From positions 1-13,932 of the forward strand of contig CAXIUT010000193.1 of the NCBI GenBank assembly GCA_964035545.1: a stretch of 13,932 nt of DNA, given 5' to 3'. A model generated the notes under the pieces. It saw only the letters and a program-made list of their open reading frames with translations, made no database searches and was not told where the DNA came from. The stretch comes from Bugula neritina (taxonomy: Eukaryota; Animalia; Bryozoa). Position numbers and translations under genes: made by a program. Below are positions 10,359-13,932 of the stretch, one piece after another. Positions within the stretch are counted from its first letter, which is position 1, and each line of letters begins with the position of its first letter.

Positions 10359-11698
10359 TCATATTTAGACTTTTAGATCCTTTTTAAGTAGAATCAGCTT
10401 CTCGAAACCCATGTAGGATTCTCCTTTGAATTCGATTCCTCCTCTTTCAGTAAAATCTACAGGCCAAAAACTGTTACTTCCTTTTGAATTATCAAGTACG
10501 CCTAAATATTTATATGCTTTTGCTATTAACTCTGAACAAAAGAACTCTTTCTGCTGTTATGAATTTTATTCACTACTTTTTCTTCTCAAAAGACTCATGG
10601 CTCCAAAAGAATATTTTCTTCCTATATTCTTTTTAATAAATTCAAGCAATGAAGCATGAAAGGTAGCTTTTAGAGGATGAACAAGTTTTCGATAGCATAT
10701 TTTTTAATAATGACTAAACCTACTATGAAACTCACTCCATCCATACAATTTGACTCCTTCATCAGCATTAGCTTCGAATATTCTAACATCCTCATTAGGA
10801 AATTTAACTACCATAGATATATGGTCGTATTAACTGTTAGTTACAAGTCTCTGGATAGCACATTTAGCATCACTAGTTTTCATCAACAATATATCTCCTG
10901 TTTAAGCTATCTAAAAGAATTATTCTTCACAAAGATATTCTTTTTAATGGTAGATCTAATGACTTGCTTTACGCAGTTTTAATTTAGGATGAGCTTTAAA
11001 AGAATCAATTATATGTTGAATTTTTTAAAACCACATTAGTGTTTCAGATGAAACCTAAGTTTTAAAGGTTATTTCGTTTTCTAACTATCCATAATAAAGT
11101 ATAAAAGTGCTAGATTCCTCATCCAAATTTATTTTACATTTACTTTTTTTGAAATTAAGACAACTAACAATCATTGTTCTTGTTTCATCATTGTAACAGA
11201 ACAACTTAGTCAACGTAAGAACTCCATAGTAAGTCTAAATAAATAAATAAGTACCTTCCACTTAGAAAAAAAAGAATCTGTTCTTTTTTGAAGCCAACCA
11301 CGGTGAATGATATTGTTACTATTGTATGATTATTTTTAAGATGAAACACAAGAAGACTACTATTAGCTAATTCTAAGTTCTTTCTCACACTTTGATAAGA
11401 TTTCTGTTGGAATATCTTCAAGTGGTTGTTAGAATTCGTCATCAACAAAATTAAGAGTTTTAGCAGTTGATAGCTATTTTTAGGATTTTAGGTTGCTAAA
11501 GGGTTCTATTGATTCCTATTTTAAGGTATCGGGCAGTTTAAGTTCTATTGATTCAAGATCGATGAGTTCTTTTTACATTTATGGTTAAATTAAATTTATC
11601 TTCAAATTATAAAGAACTTATTTCTTATATAAACATTCATAAACTATATCCTTCCGCCTAAAAATATCAACATTATAAATTTCATATTTATTTATCAT
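10359..11698 (-). CDS. PH domain + permuted papain-like NlpC/P60 (YiiX/YaeF, C92-like) enzyme, 439 aa, one 20-nt intron
   Basis: PH: IIHRGWLQKRTDSFFSKWKTYYGVL...FKTE...MWFEKIQ. Permuted papain-like: ETGDILLMK, TNSEYDHISMV, IFEA..EGV, GRKY, FFCSELIAKAYKYLG, FWPVDF. TGA at 10361-10359. Confidence 0.88.
11235..11254 (-). other. Spliceosomal intron, 20 nt (gtacttatttatttatttag)
   Basis: GT-AG; removal joins FFSKWK to TYYGVL inside the PH domain. Confidence 0.9.
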
Positions 11699-11805
11699 TT
11701 TGTACTTAAATAAGTGAAATAACACTCAATTAATAGTATAAAATTATTAATTCAATATTTATAAGCCTAAAAATAATCTTTTTTGAATTAAATATGATAA
11801 AATAA

Positions 11806-11882
11806 GGGGTTGGGGTTGGGGTTGGGGTTGGGGTTGGGGGTTGGGGTTGGGGTTGGGGTTGGGGTTGGGGTTGGGGTTGGGG
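11806..11882. repeat. Internal (TTGGGG)n tract, the right telomere of the second segment
   Basis: 77 bp of T2G4 with one G5 unit at 11836-11840, 107 bp beyond the ATG at 11698. Confidence 0.97.
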
Positions 11883-12049
11883 ATGTTTTACAATTATGTA
11901 AATATTTATTTTAGATAGCTAATTAGCTATTTTTAATATTTAAAGTTTGAATCTTATCAATTATTTTAAGACATTCAAATTATTAAATACCAAAGGATTT
12001 AACTATTTAAGTTGGTTCAATTAATTTGAATTATAATTATTAACTGTCA

Positions 12050-12430
12050 ATGAAACTTTATCAAGTGATAGTCCTTTTGATGTTGGTAAATTTAGTATTT
12101 TCCTAAGGAGGTTGTAATTGTCAGCAAAAGAATATTTCTTCTCTTGCTATTACTGCTATGACACCTACAACTGTATGGTAGCTTTTAAATGATGATGAAC
12201 ACCTTGGATTTATAACTTTAAATTCTGATGGAACAGTTGGAGGAAGCTATTCTAATAACAATGAAAAATATTGGACTTTGGAAAAAGGGGTGATTGTCTT
12301 AAAAACTCACCGTCATAAAATTTCATGCAAATTTATTCATAAATGGCTTGATTACAATGGAAAATGGCACCTGACAGGAAGATTTTTATTTTCAAACAAT
12401 GGATGGACACACTACCTCATCCAACAATGA
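12050..12430 (+). CDS. Small putatively secreted beta-rich protein (126 aa)
   Basis: MKLYQVIVLLMLVNLVFS (signal-like) EGGCNCQ...VWELL...GFITLNSDGTVGGSYSNNNEKYWTLEKG...GKWHLTGRF...THYLIQQ-TGA; 381 nt. Confidence 0.8.
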
Positions 12431-12515
12431 TACATTTAACTTTAATTAATTTATACTCAATATATAAAGACTAACTGCAAGATAATTTGAATAATTATAA
12501 ATTCAAATTAGATAA

Positions 12516-13032
12516 ATGTACCATCTTGCCCTCTTGTTCATCCTTATTCTATCAACTCAAACTGTCGATGTAGACCTAAATGTCGACAACTAACTTATTT
12601 TAAGATCTTTACATGAGAAAAAAGTCTTTAATAGGTTTACTTCTCCTTGTCCTCTAGGACAAACTGCATATGACAATAGAGTTCCAACTAATCCAAATGG
12701 TTGGATCTTCAAAATGGCAAGTTATTCTTCTTAAAGCAATAACTCCTTATCTCCATACTCTCTCTCCTTGCTGCAGCTAGCATAATATCTGTTTTGGAAC
12801 ATGTGCTATCACTGGATTTGCTGCCCATTTCAAAAGATGTAACCAAAATTTTGCAAGCTGTATGTACAATGCTTGTGAGAAGAGATTAAAGAATGTAAAA
12901 GGGTGGAAAAAACATGGTGCCTTGGCTATCTGTAGAAAAACTGCAAAATTTTACTCTGGTGCTGTGAATCATTTCGGGAAAAAATATTACTAAAATGCTC
13001 AAAAAAAGCATTGCGGGTGCCGATCTAATTGA
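12516..13032 (+). pseudogene. Group XII secretory phospholipase A2-like gene with a 2-nt frameshift at ~12702 (pseudogene or sequence error)
   Basis: Signal peptide and CPLGQ...PTNPNG in frame from 12516. The shifted frame from 12703 gives GSS...PCCSEHNICFGTC...RCNQNFASCMYNAC...ICRKTAKFYSGAVNHFGKKYYENAQKKHCGC-RSN-TGA. AATGGTTGGATCT is 2 nt short of NGCGS. Confidence 0.75.
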
Positions 13033-13255
13033 AATTCATGATACAAATCAAATTATTGAATATAATTAAAATTAATGTCTTATTTGTTGTTTGAAATATA
13101 AGGTTTCTATATCAACTGACGATAAATAATAATATAATATCGATTAATTTTTAAAATCAAAATATTTCTTTCTTTTGTTATTTTTGAAAAAGAATGATAA
13201 ATTTTACTATTCTTTATCATAGTTAACGATATCATAAAATTCAAGATAAATGATA

Positions 13256-13711
13256 TCATATACTTCCTCTTCTCTTATGTCCTCTATATCCTGACTACCT
13301 TCTTCCTTAATAAAGAGCTTTTAATGATATTCCTTGAACAGATATCACTTTATACTTCATTCCTGGAATATCTCCTTTTGATTTTCCTTTATTTCCCAAC
13401 CCAGATAAAAGAACCTCGTCATTTTAGGATAAATAGTTAAGACATCCATCAAAAGGCACAAAAGCTAAAACTTTATTCCCATTTCTCAATCTTACCCTTA
13501 CTCCTTTTCTCACTGCAGAATTTGGTTGCTTTGCTTCTACTCCAATTTTTTAGATAATAAGACCTTTTGCCATACAATTACCTCCAAAAGGATTATTAAA
13601 TTTTGAGCCAAGTTTTTTAGATTTATATGATTTATCACTCCATTTCTGATGACGACGTTTCGTGGATAATTTTCTAGCTGTATGATTCCCTTTTGGCTTT
13701 CCTGAACCCAT
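13256..13711 (-). CDS. RPS23: 40S ribosomal protein S23 (uS12), divergent copy, 151 aa
   Basis: [13 protein letters not shown]...[30 protein letters not shown]...[23 protein letters not shown]...KGDIPG.KYKV...SLKALYEGRRE, then an extension and TGA. Confidence 0.95.
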
Positions 13712-13831
13712 TCAAATCAAAAGTAAATATTCTTTTATTAAAAATAGCTAATAATATAATTATCTCCTGAATTTAATCAATGATATTATCATTCAATGGA
13801 CAAATTAAATTTTTACTAAATAATATTGTTG

Positions 13832-13932
13832 TGGGGTTGGGGTTGGGGTTGGGGTTGGGGTTGGGGTTGGGGTTGGGGTTGGGGTTGGGGTTGGGGTTGG
13901 GGTTGGGGGTTGGGGTTGGGGTTGGGGTTGGG
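13832..13932. repeat. Right telomere, (TTGGGG)n
   Basis: T2G4 repeat to the end of the window, one G5 unit at 13905-13909; 120 bp from the RPS23 ATG. Confidence 0.98.

Noticed and set aside
1180-11448. Most ORFs in the supplied track (for example 1180-1494, 1501-2196, 1959-2258, 6804-7094, 8746-9066, 10426-10982, 11206-11448)
   Set aside because: They are antisense or off-frame shadows of real genes, produced by applying the standard code.
12700-12721. A 22-nt GT-AG segment that would repair the PLA2 frame
   Set aside because: It would delete the NGxG loop, is richer in G/C than the six inferred introns, and lacks both the 20-nt length and the -6 A.
4921-13831. A conserved chromosome-breakage motif near telomere addition sites
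   Set aside because: Comparing the four subtelomeres by eye shows only generic AT-rich matches.
11836-13909. G5 variant telomere units at 11836-11840 and 13905-13909
   Set aside because: Single homopolymer deviations that cannot be told apart from sequencing error or telomerase slippage.

Overview
Ciliate macronuclear DNA with C4A2/T2G4 telomeric repeats. It uses a non-standard genetic code in which both UAA and UAG encode Glu and UGA is the only stop (NCBI table 30, known from peritrich oligohymenophoreans), so the standard-code ORF track shows only fragments. Re-translated by hand, the window holds 11 compactly packed genes: a hypothetical protein, two tandem cathepsin B paralogs, an Aurora-like kinase, a 3'-truncated PP4R1-like HEAT protein, two coiled-coil proteins, a PH + permuted papain-like (YiiX/C92) protein, a small secreted protein, a frameshifted group XII sPLA2-like gene and a divergent RPS23/uS12. 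Bases 1-5088 form a complete telomere-to-telomere 5.1-kb, 4-gene minichromosome. Two further pieces, each with only a right-hand telomere, are joined on after internal G-rich tracts and are probably chimeric joins. The most striking signal is that all six inferred introns are exactly 20 nt and all carry an A 6 nt from the 3' end, suggesting fixed-length, ruler-type splicing of tiny introns. All translations and alignments were done by eye against remembered family motifs.
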